Assembly: GCA_010356995.1 (NCBI GenBank)
Contig: ML996696.1
Coordinates: forward strand, 2,364-66,363
Reading direction: 5' to 3'
Length of the DNA stretch: 64,000 bases
Source of the DNA: Trichodelitschia bisporula
Taxonomy: Eukaryota
This document shows positions 48,924 through 61,260 of the stretch, one piece after another (within the stretch, counting starts at the first letter, position 1; every line of letters starts with the position of its first letter). The notes below the pieces were generated by a model. That model saw only the letters and a program-made list of their open reading frames with translations. It searched no databases and was not told the DNA's origin. Both the position numbers and the translations under genes were made by a program.

Positions 48924-51900
48924 ATGGCATTTCTCCCCCATTCCCCATCGTACCCATCTAACCCCCATCAGCACTCCGTATCCCCCCACCGCGCGGCCGC
49001 CCTCAACCACACCCGCACCCGCGACCGCCCCCCCGTGCCACCACCCTACCACGAAACTCCCTTTCGTGACCCCGAAGTCCGCATACCCGTACACCCCCAG
49101 CTCTCTCAGAACGCGCCGCTCCCAGGTACGACGAGGAGCAACCTCGACCGCTACGCCAGCCCCAGCAGCAACGCCAACCACAACCCAGCGGCCTACACCA
49201 CGAGCTACGCCCCCAGCACCACCACCGACTACACGCCCGGCTTCGTGCCCGGTGGAGCGGCGGACCCGCCTGCCCCGAGCGCGAACAGGGCCGCTCACAG
49301 CGGGTTCAGCCAGGGCATGGCGCCCGCGCTGCCGCATTTCGGCGTGCCACCCGTCCTGAGCGTGCCTACAAGCCCGCCTCATATTCCTAACGGTCCTGGG
49401 GGACCGAATGGGCCTACCGGGTCCGGCGGGCCGGGCGGCCTGGTTGTCCCGGGTAGGGACCGGCGGAGCACATACGCCGCTTCGTCGGCGGAGGGGAGCG
49501 TAGGCACGCCGCTGAGTATCGGAGGTCTGGAGATTGTGGGTCCGCCGGCGGCGGCGAGCGAGGCGGGCAGCGCCGAGAGCGCGGGGGAGCTGAGTCTGGG
49601 GCGGGAGAGCACGAGCACGCGGGAAGGGAGTGACGTAAGCAAAGAGGCATACCACAAAAGCTTGCAGATCATACAGAGCATCAAGGACCGGAGCACGGCG
49701 GTGGAGGACGTGGCGCTGATAATCCGGCGGATGGAGATTACGGCCGATCGCAGCCAGCGGCGCACGTATGTGCGCGGCGCACCAGCGCGCGAGGTGTACG
49801 AGAATGCGCCGGTGATTCGCGTGGGGATTGTGTTTCTGCCGGGGGCGAATCGGCCGACAGTTACGCAGCTGGAGCAGGATATGCTTATGGCGGGGTATCA
49901 GCCGGACCAGCAGAGTGCTATGTGGCGGGTGAACACGGCGGGCCATTTGCTTATGGACTTTGAGGTCACGAAGGATCTTAACGTCATTGCTAGCGATCTC
50001 ACGGCCGACTTCATCAGCCGCGCGCGCGAGCGGCATGAGCGCCCGATGAGTATGCTTCTGCCGCATGGGGCGAGCGGCGATCCTTTCATGCTACGCGAGC
50101 AGAAGCACCCGGCGGTCAACATCGACAGCAGGCATGTGACGATTGTGCACGATCTGCGGTATCATTACAACGAGTTTGACCTCGAGTCGACGCTCATCGA
50201 GGTGGATGCCGCATCGATGATGAAGCTGATTGTTGGGTTTCGCCTCATAGTGCAGTACAAGGCGCCGAGCGACAATCTGGACGAGACGCGGAAACTGCTC
50301 GAGGTTATGATGGAGGATGTACGGCGGTTGTGTCAGCGCAGTGCGATTCTCTTCCGCATGTCGACGCGGGTCAAGATCATGAATTCGAAGAATACGCGCT
50401 ATGGCGTTAATAACGGGTACGTCTGTTGCTCCGTTAGCTCCACGTCTAACCGTCAACCCGCAGGCGCCAATTCACAACGCTCACAACGAGCAAAGGCATC
50501 CGCGAGATCATCAAGCTGTCCGCCTCGTACTTTACGGCGCTGGACACGATGGAAAAGGCGCAGCAGCTGATCCGGCCGCGCTTCCTGCAGATGCTGGTGC
50601 TGCTGCTCTCGTTTCTCAACAACAGCGACCTTGACAAGATCCGCTATTTCGTCGAGCAGACATTTCACTTCAAGGCCGACCGCTCGAACCTCGAACTGCT
50701 CTTCCTCAAGGTCATCCCCTTTTACTCCATCAACCCGCGCGTCTTCCTGACGTCCGTCGTCGCGGCCTTCGAGAGTGACCCGCCCAAGGAGCCTGAGACC
50801 TGCGACTACGCGTGGTACTGGGATACCTTTCTGAAGCGCCTCACCCAGCACGGCTACCTGCTCCCGGGCAGCGTGGACCAGTTGGGGCGACGGCCCCACT
50901 CGTGGCTGGTCAAGTGGCCCAAGAACGGGTTCAAGAACTCGCAAGTCTTTCGCAATTTGCAATACGGGGCCAACGACGGCATGAAGACGTTCAACGAGGT
51001 GCCACCTATCGAGGAGGAGCTCGACCGGCGCGACGAGAGCATGCTGCTGACTGCCGTCATGACCAACGACGAAAAGTATCTCATCCGCGTCGCCGACTAC
51101 GAGGCAATCCTGTGCCTGACGCGGGGCGTGTACGCAGTCCAAGAGGCCGGCCTGACCGGGCGCCGCACCGACCTCGTCATCGAAGAGAGCGTACTCAATG
51201 AAGCCACGTACAACGCTGTCGAGCGCATCAACCCCGTCATCCGTCAGATCAACCAGTGGCTTACAGGATCGCAGCAGTCGCGAGGGAACTTGCGGCTCGC
51301 GCGGCAGAGGACGAACGTAGGACGCCTCTTTGGCGCGCGGAGACCTGAGATCGCCATGTTCGATGAGTGCCGGGTGACGGGCAAGCTGACTCGGCACCGA
51401 GCGGTGCTCGCAAGTCAAGTATCCGCCATCGCTTACAAGCTCGACGGGCGCAAGATCACGCTGAACGACGCCATCGGCAACATGGCGTCGGACAACCAGC
51501 AGGTACAGGGTGTGGTCGAGTACTACCAGTTGCGACTCCCAAGATACGCCGACACGATGGACGAGCTGACCTTCCGGCGCATCAGCAAGGCGCTGGACGA
51601 GGTGTTGAAGCAGGTGAACCATGCGGAGAGCGTGCGGCACCAAGTTAGCAGTGATCCGATGATCTCGGACGAGCCTATTGTGACGCTACTCCAGCAGATT
51701 GGCGGCACGTATATTGGCGTGGAAGCGTGGAGCCCGTACAGCATGCACCTTAAGCAGACAGGCGAGCTGGAGATGGAAGCGAAGAAGTCGTATGTCCGCA
51801 GCGTCTTGTGGCGGAACAGCGGCGAGGGCGAGGTCATACTGCAGGGTGACTCGAGCGTGTATGTGGTGGCGCCGCTGGAATGGGTGGAGGACGAGGACCG

Positions 51901-52039
51901 CGATGACTACGTGAAGGTTGAGGACATTGTACTGCTCGCGGGACAGTATATGGTGGTCGCGGAGCCGGATGAGGACGACCACAGCAACGCACTGCTGGCG
52001 GCAAATTTTCTGAGGGTGAGTGAGTTTGGTAAGGAGTGA
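48924..52039 (+). CDS. Large hypothetical protein (~1022 aa, 2 exons), Pro-rich N-terminus plus globular regions
   Basis: Intron 50417-50463 (GTACGT...CTAAC...CAG) joins ORFs 48924-50570 and 50549-52039 in frame (NG-RQFTTL); strong codon bias; no family recognised. Confidence 0.8.
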
Positions 52040-52676
52040 GTGATGCTGACTTGATTAGATTCTGCGCATTGAACAGGCGGCTAAGAAGACGAAAAGAGGC
52101 CAGCATCGCCAGAAGAATGAGGGGGTGCAGATGGTGAGCGTGCTTGTATGATGGAGGTGAGGCAGAGATGATGGCGAGAAGTAGATACTACAAGGAAATG
52201 GTTTGCGAGATACGCATGGTGTGGAGTACGGTAAATGTCGTCCATAACGGCCATTCTACAATTCCCCCCCATGCCGTGGTTATGGGGTTTATACAGAGAT
52301 GATAGATGATCAGGCAGTCGCACGTGTTGATGCTAGTACTTCCGAGGCTGAGTGTGAAGAGGCAGGAAAAGCGCATTGCGTGAAGGTGAAGTTGGTGATA
52401 CACAATCGCAGCGTCTGTCATTGGCCCGTTTCGGCCCCCGCCGCGATGCCTAGCATCAGCCCCTCCCCCTCCCCCGCCATCTCACCAGCTGAAGTACGAC
52501 AACGACACCATCCATTACCTAGCCTATCTGTCCTTCTCCGCTCACCTCTTCTCCACTCTTATAACCATCCCTCTCCACCACAACACCATCTCCACTCTAA
52601 GCGCGCCGTTTTCGACTGAAGTAACCTTATCTGCCTCCCCACCGCGCTTCCCCTCCCCGCACCCCGTCCGCACACA

Positions 52677-53976
52677 ATGGCCGCCCGACCTCCCGCCCAA
52701 GTGCAGCCCTGCCGCTACAAAACTGGCAAGACGCTGGGCGCCGGCTCATACTCCGTAGTCAAGGAATGCGTGCACATCGACACGGGCCGCTACTATGCCG
52801 CGAAGGTGATCAACAAGCGCCTGATGGCGGGTCGCGAGCACATGGTGCGCAACGAGATCGCCGTGCTAAAGCGCGTGTCCATGGGACACCAGAATATCCT
52901 GACGCTGGTCGACTACTTCGAGACTATGAATAATTGTACGGCGAGATCTGCGTGAGGGGTTAGGCTAATGGTGCAAAGTGTACCTCGTTACCGATCTCGC
53001 GCTCGGCGGCGAGCTGTTCGACCGTATTTGCCGCAAGGGCTCGTATTACGAGTCCGATGCTGCGGATCTGATGCGCGCGACCTTGTCGGCTGTCGCTTAC
53101 CTGCATGATCATGGCATTGTGCATCGTGACCTCAAGCCGGAGAACTTGCTCTTTCGCACACCTGAAGATAATGCCGACCTGCTGATCGCCGACTTCGGGC
53201 TCAGCCGCATCATGGATGAGGAGCAGTTTCACGTGCTGACCACGACGTGCGGCACACCGGGCTACATGGCGCCGGAGATCTTCAAAAAGACCGGGCACGG
53301 CAAGCCAGTGTACGTATCCACCCCCTCTTCCCCACGCCTGGCTGACTCGCGCAGCGACATCTGGGCCATTGGCGTAATAACCTACTTCCTCCTCTGCGGC
53401 TACACCCCCTTCGACCGGGACTCCAACCTCGAAGAAATGCAAGCCATCCTCATCGCCGACTACTCCTTCACCCCCACCGAATACTGGCGCAACGTATCCG
53501 ACACAGCCCGGGACTTCATCAAGCGCTGCCTAACTGTCGACCCGCACGCGCGCCTCACCGCCCACGCCGCTTTGCAACACCCCTGGATCCGGGAAGACGA
53601 AGTCAAGACCAGCAAGGACGGCGTCGATCTCCTCCCGACGGTGCGCAAGAACTTCAATGCCCGCACTAAGCTCCACGCTGCGATTGATACTATCCGCGCG
53701 ATTAACCAGCTGCGTGCCGGACAGGGCGCGGCAATGATGAATGGCGCGTTGAGTCGGCAGCCTGAGCGGGGGGTGCCACCGCCAGCGCCGGAGCCGAGCG
53801 ATGTGGAGATGGAGGGGGTGGAGGGGACGGGGGTGCTGGGGCAGGATGCGGGGAGCGATGGCGATGTGGCCATGATTGATAGTAGGGGGAATGCGAGGGG
53901 GCAGACGGAGGAGCAGATTCGGGAGCAGGAGAGGCGGATTCGCGAGACGCAGGCGGGGCTGTGGAGACAGCGGTGA
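52677..53976 (+). CDS. cmkB: Ca2+/calmodulin-dependent protein kinase (CmkB type), spliced
   Basis: QPCRYKTGKTLGAGSYSVVKEC, HRDLKPEN, DFG, TTCGTPGYMAPE, CaM-binding FNARTKLHAAI. Introns 52936-52978 and ~53311-53354. Confidence 0.93.
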
Positions 53977-54329
53977 GGGGGTTGATTGATACCAGGCTTG
54001 CACGGGTGGTTTGGGTGGGTTTGGGATTTGATGGTGGTTTCCGGGTAGCAATGGTTCTTTCGAGTCGGTTCTGATGGGGATCTAGGGCTGGTAGTGAGTT
54101 CGGCTTAGCATCTTTTAGGGTTAAAGGCTGGGGGTAGTTGAGAATATGTGTCTCGAGCAAGAAGCCGTGACAAGTTGCCGTATCGGGACGAGATGCTTGG
54201 CGTGCTGTTGTTCGAGAAAACGAAGCCTTTTCGAAGACAGCAACCCCGAAACCAAAAAAAAAATGCCCGGTCCGACTCGGCTTCTCTTCCCAATGCCTTC
54301 TCATCCTGAAGCAAAAAGGAAAAAAGAAT

Positions 54330-54410
54330 CGACAGTGACAGGATTCGAACCTGTGAGGCCGAAGCCATATGATTTCTAGTCATACCCATTAACCACTCTG
54401 GCACACTGCC
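54330..54410 (-). tRNA. tRNA-Ser (anticodon AGA), intronless, long variable arm
   Basis: Reverse complement GGCAGTG-TG-CCAGAGTGGTTAATGG-G-TATGA-CT-AGA-AA-TCATA-TGGCTTCGGCCTC-ACAGG-TTCGAAT-CCTGT-CACTGTC-G folds as a cloverleaf; T-runs downstream fit a Pol III terminator. Confidence 0.95.
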
Positions 54411-54509
54411 TGTAGCTTGTGAAAGCGAACGGCAAAATGCAGTTTTGACTAGCCACATACTCTGATCTTTTCTAGAACTATTGCTCAGCCAACCCCATCT
54501 CCAACCTCC

Positions 54510-55729
54510 TCAGCTCTTCCTTGTCGTCGCAAAATTAATAAAGAACACACCCATCTCATCCGCCTCCCCTCCATGCCCCCCGGCAACCTCCCTGGGCGGA
54601 TGCCTCTCATTATCATACAACGCCGTCATCTGTAGCACGTCCCCCTTCTTCACCTCCACCGGCTTCGTGCACTGTTCCATCTCCGTAATAACCTCCCACG
54701 GCCTCCCCCCCGGCGCAACTTGGCCCGTCTGTCGCACATCCAGTCCATATGTCGCCTTCGAATCACACACCACCTTGTCATTCAGTCTGAGCTCCACGTT
54801 GACGCCCCCGTCGTGTAAGTGGCCTTTCGCATTAATGATATACCCGTCTTGCGGAATCGGGACCCGCGCGCTGCTGACGTTGTACTTAGGTTGGTCTTTC
54901 GGCGCGTGGTAATCCGGCATGTCGCACCCAGTCACACTGAACAGGCTGACGCTCGCGTCCCGCGCTGCCGTCGTCCCGGGGAGCCACTCGTACTCCATCG
55001 CGATGTAGATGCGCTGCTCGACGGGGAGGTAATTCACCAGCTCCGCCTGCATCATCAACTGCGCCCTCGCACCCAGCACATACCCGGAATCAAACGCCCC
55101 GTCCGGCGTCGTGTACCAATTTGCCGCCTCGTCGTTGCCGCTCACGATGAACCCGACCGCGGGGAAGGAGCCTAGAAAGCCGCCCTGCCCAGAGCACAGG
55201 TAGAATGGCATCCCCCGTTTCGCAACGTCGACGACGACGATGTGGTGCTGGTATACGCCCTGCAGGACGCCGGCTTTTGTCCCGTTTTCGTAGAAGATGG
55301 CGGCTTTGCCGTAGAGCACGGTGCAGTTGGTGCAGAAGCCGGTGAGGGCTTTGTTAAGCTGTTGGCTGCTTGGGTCCATCTGGAGCGGCATGCGCGGGCT
55401 TGTTGGGGCCGAACCCTTCTCTGTCAGCGCCATCATGTCGGTGTGGATTGTCTTACGTTCTGGCCGGGCAGCGTGTACGGCCCGTACCACAGCCTCGTCC
55501 GGTTCGCTTCCTTCCGCAGGAGAGGTTGCAGCGTCTCGGTCCGCACGGGAGCAGCGCGCATGCTTCGCCCGCCGCCGGGGCCGACGATGCCGCCTAGGTT
55601 GCCGAATTGGCGCGGGACTGTGGGTGTCAGTTTCTGGAGGGCCCGGGGTGCGGGTCACGGACCTAGCCTAGCCTCGGCGGCGGCAGCGAGGCTGAGCAGC
55701 GCGCTCAGAAGGGCGGGGAGGAGGCGCAT
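54510..55729 (-). CDS. Secreted PHM/PNGase-F-fold (copper type II monooxygenase-like / SURNod19-like) protein, paralog A, spliced
   Basis: Signal peptide MRLLPALLSALLSLAAA; two short introns; FCTNCTV, YQHH, GHLHDGG, CDSKATYG, MEQC, VKKGD, HP...EMG. Confidence 0.72.
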
Positions 55730-56272
55730 CGTGAAGTTGAGGTTATGTTGTTAGTAGGGTTCGGCATGTAGCGATTGGCATGTAGGAGACATCTTATCAC
55801 AGCGTGCCTGGTGGTGGACGGGCGATGGAGGGCGCGCAATAAGGCTCTGTGTCGCATATACAGCCTCGTGGCGGCGGGGGGGCCGTGCGCCATCTATGGC
55901 TATCTCGTGCCGGGAACGACGTAGATGTGAATTGGGGCTCGCTAAGAGCCGTCTATAGGACCCGTCTATACGGTAGAAAATCAGATACTTTGGACCGGTG
56001 GCCATATGGGGCGAAAGGGGTAGTGGAAGCGAACGAGCCGGCGGGGAGCCAAGCTTACTCTATATTGATTCCCCCACAACGATCGCAGCTGATAATCGTT
56101 CAGGGCATCGAATGACGGTACAGAATCTTGGCAATATAGTTCAGGGCAGAAGTATCATGTATCATAGAGAGCAACCTCGGGCCTTCGAACATGTAGCGGC
56201 GGGCGTGCAGCTCGCAGCTACATACCATAGCTCCAGCCCGCATCCAACCCATCCACCACCTCCGTAACCAAA

Positions 56273-57504
56273 ATGCGTCCTCAAACCCTCGCCCTCCTCG
56301 CGGCCCTCGCATCCGCGACACCCATCACAAATGAAAAGCGCCAAATCGGCGGCCTCGGAGCCCTCTCCGCCGGCCTCATGGACCCGAAGACAATAGGGCA
56401 GTTGGCGAACCTAGTGCAGCCGACGAAGGTTGAAGCGCTACCGGCGAAGGTGCGCAAGGGCGCGAAGAGGCAAAGGTTGATTTGGGGGCCTTTTGATTTT
56501 GTTGCTGGGAATGTGAGTGTGTGAGTTGGGGATGGGTGGAGAGGAAGTTGACAAAGGCAGGCGACGGTACCAGGCATGCCGGGCATACAAATGGATCCCC
56601 ACGGCCAAGTCACCATGCGCCGCCTAGGCGGTTTCTGCACCGACTGCACGGTCATCCACGGCGCGGCGTACGTAGCCAACGCAGATGGTGGGCGCGTGGA
56701 CGTCAAGGAAGGCGCATACCTGCACCACCTCCTCATCCTCAACCCCACAAAACGTGTTCCCAGCTATTATACCTGCTCCGCAAACGGCGGAGCCCCGGTC
56801 AGCCAAACAGTGCCATCGAGCTACTTCCTCGGGAGCGGGGTAGACGAAAGCGAGTACTTCTTCACAACGCCGGATGGGACGTATAACAGCGGGTATTACG
56901 TGGGATCCCGCGATGGGTTCATGATGCAGAGCGAGATTGTGAATTATAACCCCGAGGCGCGGAGGTGGTATATTGCGGCAGAGTATGAGTATGAGCTGGG
57001 GAAACCGGCGGGGGCGGAGGATGTGAGTGTGACGGACTTCAATGTTAACAATTGCCTGGGGTTTTTGGAGGCGGGATACCAGCCCCCGCAGGGCGAGGCA
57101 CGGTTTAACAAGACGAGTCCTGAGTTTGTGATTGCGAGGGATGGGACGATATTGCATGCTATGGGGCATTTGCATGATGGGGGGACGAACATCGAGTTGT
57201 TGGTTAATGGGCGGTTAGTGTGTGATTCAAGGGCGACGTATGGGGGGAGTCAGGGGACGTTTGTGAACGCCGATGGCAGCAAGTGGGAGACGATTTCGTC
57301 GATGTCGAATTGTCGGGATCCGATTCGCGTCAAGAAGGGGGATGTTATGTCGATGATTTCGAGATATGATACGAAGTTGCATCCGCTGTAAGTGCTTACC
57401 TGGGTCTTTATAAGCTTGCTAACAAGTCGTGTAGACGCGAGACTGTGGACGGACATATGATGGAGGAGATGGGTATCTATACGCTCTTCTTCGCGACGAA
57501 ATGA
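56273..57504 (+). CDS. Secreted PHM/PNGase-F-fold protein, paralog B, spliced
   Basis: Signal/pro-peptide MRPQTLALLAALASATPITNEKR; FCTDCTV, YLHH, GHLHDGG, CDSRATYG, MSNC, VKKGD. Last exon after intron ~57388-57434 gives HPLRETVDGHMMEEMGIYTLFFATK*. Confidence 0.75.
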
Positions 57505-58072
57505 TAGTCCGGCAATACAAGAGATGGTTGAAGCGGGAGCCAAGAGCGAACTGAAGCTCGACGTGATGGGGATGCGTGATATCATATCTTATCTTGTCGC
57601 CTTGTCGCCTTGCCGCCTCGTCGTCTGGCGATGCTCGATAGGGAAAGGACGACGGAGGGACGGCCGTCGCTCCTTCCCCCGGAGTACCCTTTTGCCGGTA
57701 TGAAGCTGGCCACCGCTCCCAGGCAGACATCGACGTCCTGGGTTGCCCCGCGGGGATTCTTCGGTGTTAGCGCGTCGCTGGAGCAAACGAGCTCGCCGTG
57801 GAGTATAAAGGTGTCCATTGTGCTCCTTCCATCTTCTTCTCCGCACCAACAGCAGTCCCCCCTCACCAGCAGCCCGCAGCCCCCCGCTGCAAGGCCATCG
57901 TCATCTTGTTCCGCGCGAGCATCTGCCTGTAATTGCCGCATCGCATCGTCTTCGTTCCGAAACATTCGTGGCCTTTTACCTGCACGTTCAAGTTCGCGTC
58001 AGGTTCGTACCACCCAATATCAGAACATCCCGCGCCAATTCTAACGAACAGAAGGAACAAGCAACCGCCATC

Positions 58073-59470
58073 ATGGCTACGCCTATCGACATCAGCAAGC
58101 CGATTCGGACGACGGGGAAGATTTCGAGCCTTCAAGTCACAGATGTCACTCCAATCACGCTGGAGATGCGCAGCAAGGCCATCGGTGCCAGCTTCGTGAA
58201 GGCGAACCTCGCTCGTCGTGCCGATGACCTCAACCGCGCGATCCCGCTGGTGAAGGCGAATCTGGTCCTCAACAGCTTGGGAAACGAGGACGACATGTTC
58301 CGTCTCGATGGAGTTGACATGTTGTGGGACACCGGCTCCCAGTACACAATGATCGCTCGTGAGGCGCTTCCCCTGGAGTTCCTCGACTACCTGGACGGTG
58401 AAGTCAACGCTCCATACCGCGATGGGACTGCTGTCCAGGTGAAGGCGGAGATGATGATAGAAATGACAAACACTCCCTGTCACTTCTCGGCTCTCATCTG
58501 GGTCGTCCCAAAGTCGGAGATCCCGTGCGGCCGCGTCAATTCAATCTTTGGCCAGCGGGAGTGCATGGATCGCATGCATTACGAGAGCGTTCCGGCGAGC
58601 ATTTTGGCCGCGCAAGGGTTTGACATCGAGACTGACTGCTGGGGCGACCTGAACCTCAAGGCCATTCTCACTAGCGATGGTGAGGTCGTGGCTGTTGGGG
58701 GTAGCACGGTCGAAGGTGTCCACAAGCCCTGGGACTACGCCGGCACCAAGACCTATCCGAATTGGGATGCGCTTCAAGCACCGCCATATGCGCCTCCAGC
58801 TCGTGCGTTGTCCCAGCATGACGCAATGCCAGCCCACCGCGGCGAGCACCGGTCGCGCAACTCGGTCGACGGTTCAGGCTATGGGCACGGTATGATGCAT
58901 CCGAATCCCGGCCAGCAGTACCGCATCCCGCCCGAGCCCGTCCGTGGCCCATTCGGCGGTCCGGCGATCCTTCCTTGGGCTGGTGCCACTCCGGGTCCTC
59001 CTGCGCTCCCCAACATCCCGGCGCCTCCGGGTGGTTGGCGCGTGGGGATGCCGCCGCTGCCGACGGCACCTCCCTTCCTGCAGCAGGATCCTCCGCAGGC
59101 TCCTCCGTCTCGTCCTTCATCTGGTGCTCCGCAGATGCCGACTGGGCCTCCGGGTCCGGGTTCTCGGTCATCAACGCCGCATCAGATCGGCTCCGAGCCG
59201 CGTCACTCGCAACGCGGCAGGTCGGCGGAGACTGGCGAGAACAGGAGCAGCAACGGATTCTCCTTCACCAATGCTCCCAGCCAGACCAAGGCTTCTGTCA
59301 ACCGTGGCTGGGGGGCCCATTCGAATCCGTTTGGACCTTTCCAGCCTCGCCCGGTTGCCCCTAGAGCTGGTGGTCAGACTGAGGGTAACAACAACCACGC
59401 GGCCAGCAACCACACTGGGACGGCGGGCATGAACGGTGACAGCCCTTCTGGCGGTGTTTTCCTCGGTTAA
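58073..59470 (+). CDS. Protein with retropepsin-like aspartic protease motif and Pro/Gly-rich C-terminal tail
   Basis: DMLWDTGSQYTMI (hydrophobic-D-T-G) and downstream SIFGQ; probable 5' intron 58003-58051; 3' end uncertain. Confidence 0.6.
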   Translation: MATPIDISKPIRTTGKISSLQVTDVTPITLEMRSKAIGASFVKANLARRADDLNRAIPLVKANLVLNSLGNEDDMFRLDGVDMLWDTGSQYTMIAREALPLEFLDYLDGEVNAPYRDGTAVQVKAEMMIEMTNTPCHFSALIWVVPKSEIPCGRVNSIFGQRECMDRMHYESVPASILAAQGFDIETDCWGDLNLKAILTSDGEVVAVGGSTVEGVHKPWDYAGTKTYPNWDALQAPPYAPPARALSQHDAMPAHRGEHRSRNSVDGSGYGHGMMHPNPGQQYRIPPEPVRGPFGGPAILPWAGATPGPPALPNIPAPPGGWRVGMPPLPTAPPFLQQDPPQAPPSRPSSGAPQMPTGPPGPGSRSSTPHQIGSEPRHSQRGRSAETGENRSSNGFSFTNAPSQTKASVNRGWGAHSNPFGPFQPRPVAPRAGGQTEGNNNHAASNHTGTAGMNGDSPSGGVFLG

Positions 59471-59911
59471 TGTCAACAACACTGAGCGCTCCACAAGATC
59501 CAAGGTACGACGAATGCCGTCCGGTGGAACCTCCGATCAACCAGAAGGAATTTACGCGACATCTTAAAAGAAGGAGCTGGCTGGGTTGCGTGTTTGATCC
59601 AGCGTCACGGTGTGCACTTCTAGCACGTATTTAGTGAATTGAGGATAGACATAATGCTTAATGGTCAGCTTTACGATGCGAGTTGTATGCCGTGATTGTT
59701 TGCCTGTTATCGCCCAGCACTGATGCCGAGCCGCACCCCTGCTCCGTTCCTTGCTCCCACCCGGTCCGAGCTTCGGGTCCCCATGCTCAGCCCCGCGTCC
59801 TGTGCGACGACAACAGGAGCGGTGATGGGGGTGTTTCGTTTCAGCTTCGCTGGCGGTTGAAGTTCAACCTCCTTCCTTTCCATCTTCATTTCACTCAGTC
59901 TCATCATCATC

Positions 59912-60807
59912 ATGGCAGCCATTCTCGACCCTATTCTCGCCCGGCCTGTCGTAACGGGCTTGAGCGCAGCCGTCGGTCTCGGAGTTCTCTGGTGAGTCTT
60001 CCAGAGCCGTCTCTTCCTTCCTCAGGCCGCCTCGCGGAGACGAGAACGATTCTTCCGCTGAGAACCGAAGCTGACCACCGCAGGACCCTCCGCGACTACC
60101 AGCAATGGAAAGCCTTCGGCACCGGCGGCTTCAAGCCAGACCCGTCGTCCGTGCCCCCATCCCCATCCTCCTCCCCCCTCACCATGCCCTTCCGTCCACC
60201 GCTTAACCTAACACCTCCCAGCGGCTACTGGCGCATGACCAAACTCCGCCTGCACGCCCTCCTCCACCGGCCCGACCCATATGATGTCTCGGCACTCCCC
60301 ACCACGGGGCCCACGTATATCACCGCGCTCCCCGAGCGCACTGGTCCCCGGCCCACGCTCGTGAGCCGCCCCATGCCGCAGCGCCAGGTGCCTGCGCCGC
60401 TGGACGACAAGACGAAGGAGACGCTGCATGGACTCGTGTACGAGTTTGCTGCCAAGTACCCAGACATGCTGGAGGTGAGACCGAGCGGGTCGGAGGGGGG
60501 GACGGCGGAGGGCTTGTACGTGCGGTCGGATTGGAGGGGTGTGAATCCTGTTACGAAGCATCCGATCTTGAAGACGGAGGTTGCGCATGTGCACCCCAGT
60601 GATGATAGTCTGCATGTCTGGCTCAGCGAGCGGGATGCGAAGGAGGTTATTGAGTTGGGGTGGGGGGAGAAGTTCCCGTTGGGTATAGTGCCGGGGGGGT
60701 GGATCATGGTGTATGCGCCGCGGAACTGGATGGAGATGGATGTTGTGCGGTGGATTGTGGAGGCGGGAGTGGGGTGGCTGACGGGGGTGGATTTGAATAG
60801 GAAATAG
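59912..60807 (+). CDS. Fungal luciferase-like (Luciferase/DUF5519 family) protein, spliced
   Basis: N-terminal hydrophobic anchor, intron ~59992-60083, RDYQQWKAFGTGG, YITALPERTGPRP, MPQRQ, EVAHVHPSDDSLHVWLS..DAKEVIELGWGE, MVYAPRN. Confidence 0.85.
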
Positions 60808-61090
60808 GCCGCGGTTTTGGGGGGTTTGTGGGGGTTTGTGGGGGTTTTGACAATGATATTGTGAGACTTGGGAACAGCCTTGCCTGTGCCGCGCGTCTAG
60901 ACATCCGTGAACGAGACCCGCACCCCTAACGCTCCACGTCACGACGCAGCGATATGCCCGGAATCTGTACTCCAAGCCGCTGACTAGAAAGTACCCAAGC
61001 TTTGTACACCAGGGTCCACTCCGAAAGACAACCCCTCCCGCGATAGCGCGGCGCGGCGCGGCTTACGGTACCCCTCACCTCACCCCTCAC

Positions 61091-61135
61091 CCCGCACCCG
61101 CACCCGCACCCGCACCCGCACCCGCACCCGCACCC
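61091..61135. repeat. Hexanucleotide microsatellite (CCCGCA)n
   Basis: About 7 copies in the intergenic region upstream of the FAD monooxygenase. Confidence 0.9.
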
Positions 61136-61260
61136 CTCATCCCAGCTCACATTAGCTTCCGACCCCGACAACTAGTTCCACCCTAGAAGCGACATAAAAC
61201 CAACGACATCCCGAACAATCCAGCTAACACCTCAATCTGTCCCTGCATACCGTCAAAGAC

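Noticed and set aside
13178..57504. PHM-like pair acting as amidating enzymes for the polyprotein peptides
   Set aside because: About 40 kb apart with housekeeping genes between, and the peptides lack the Gly-before-dibasic amidation signal.
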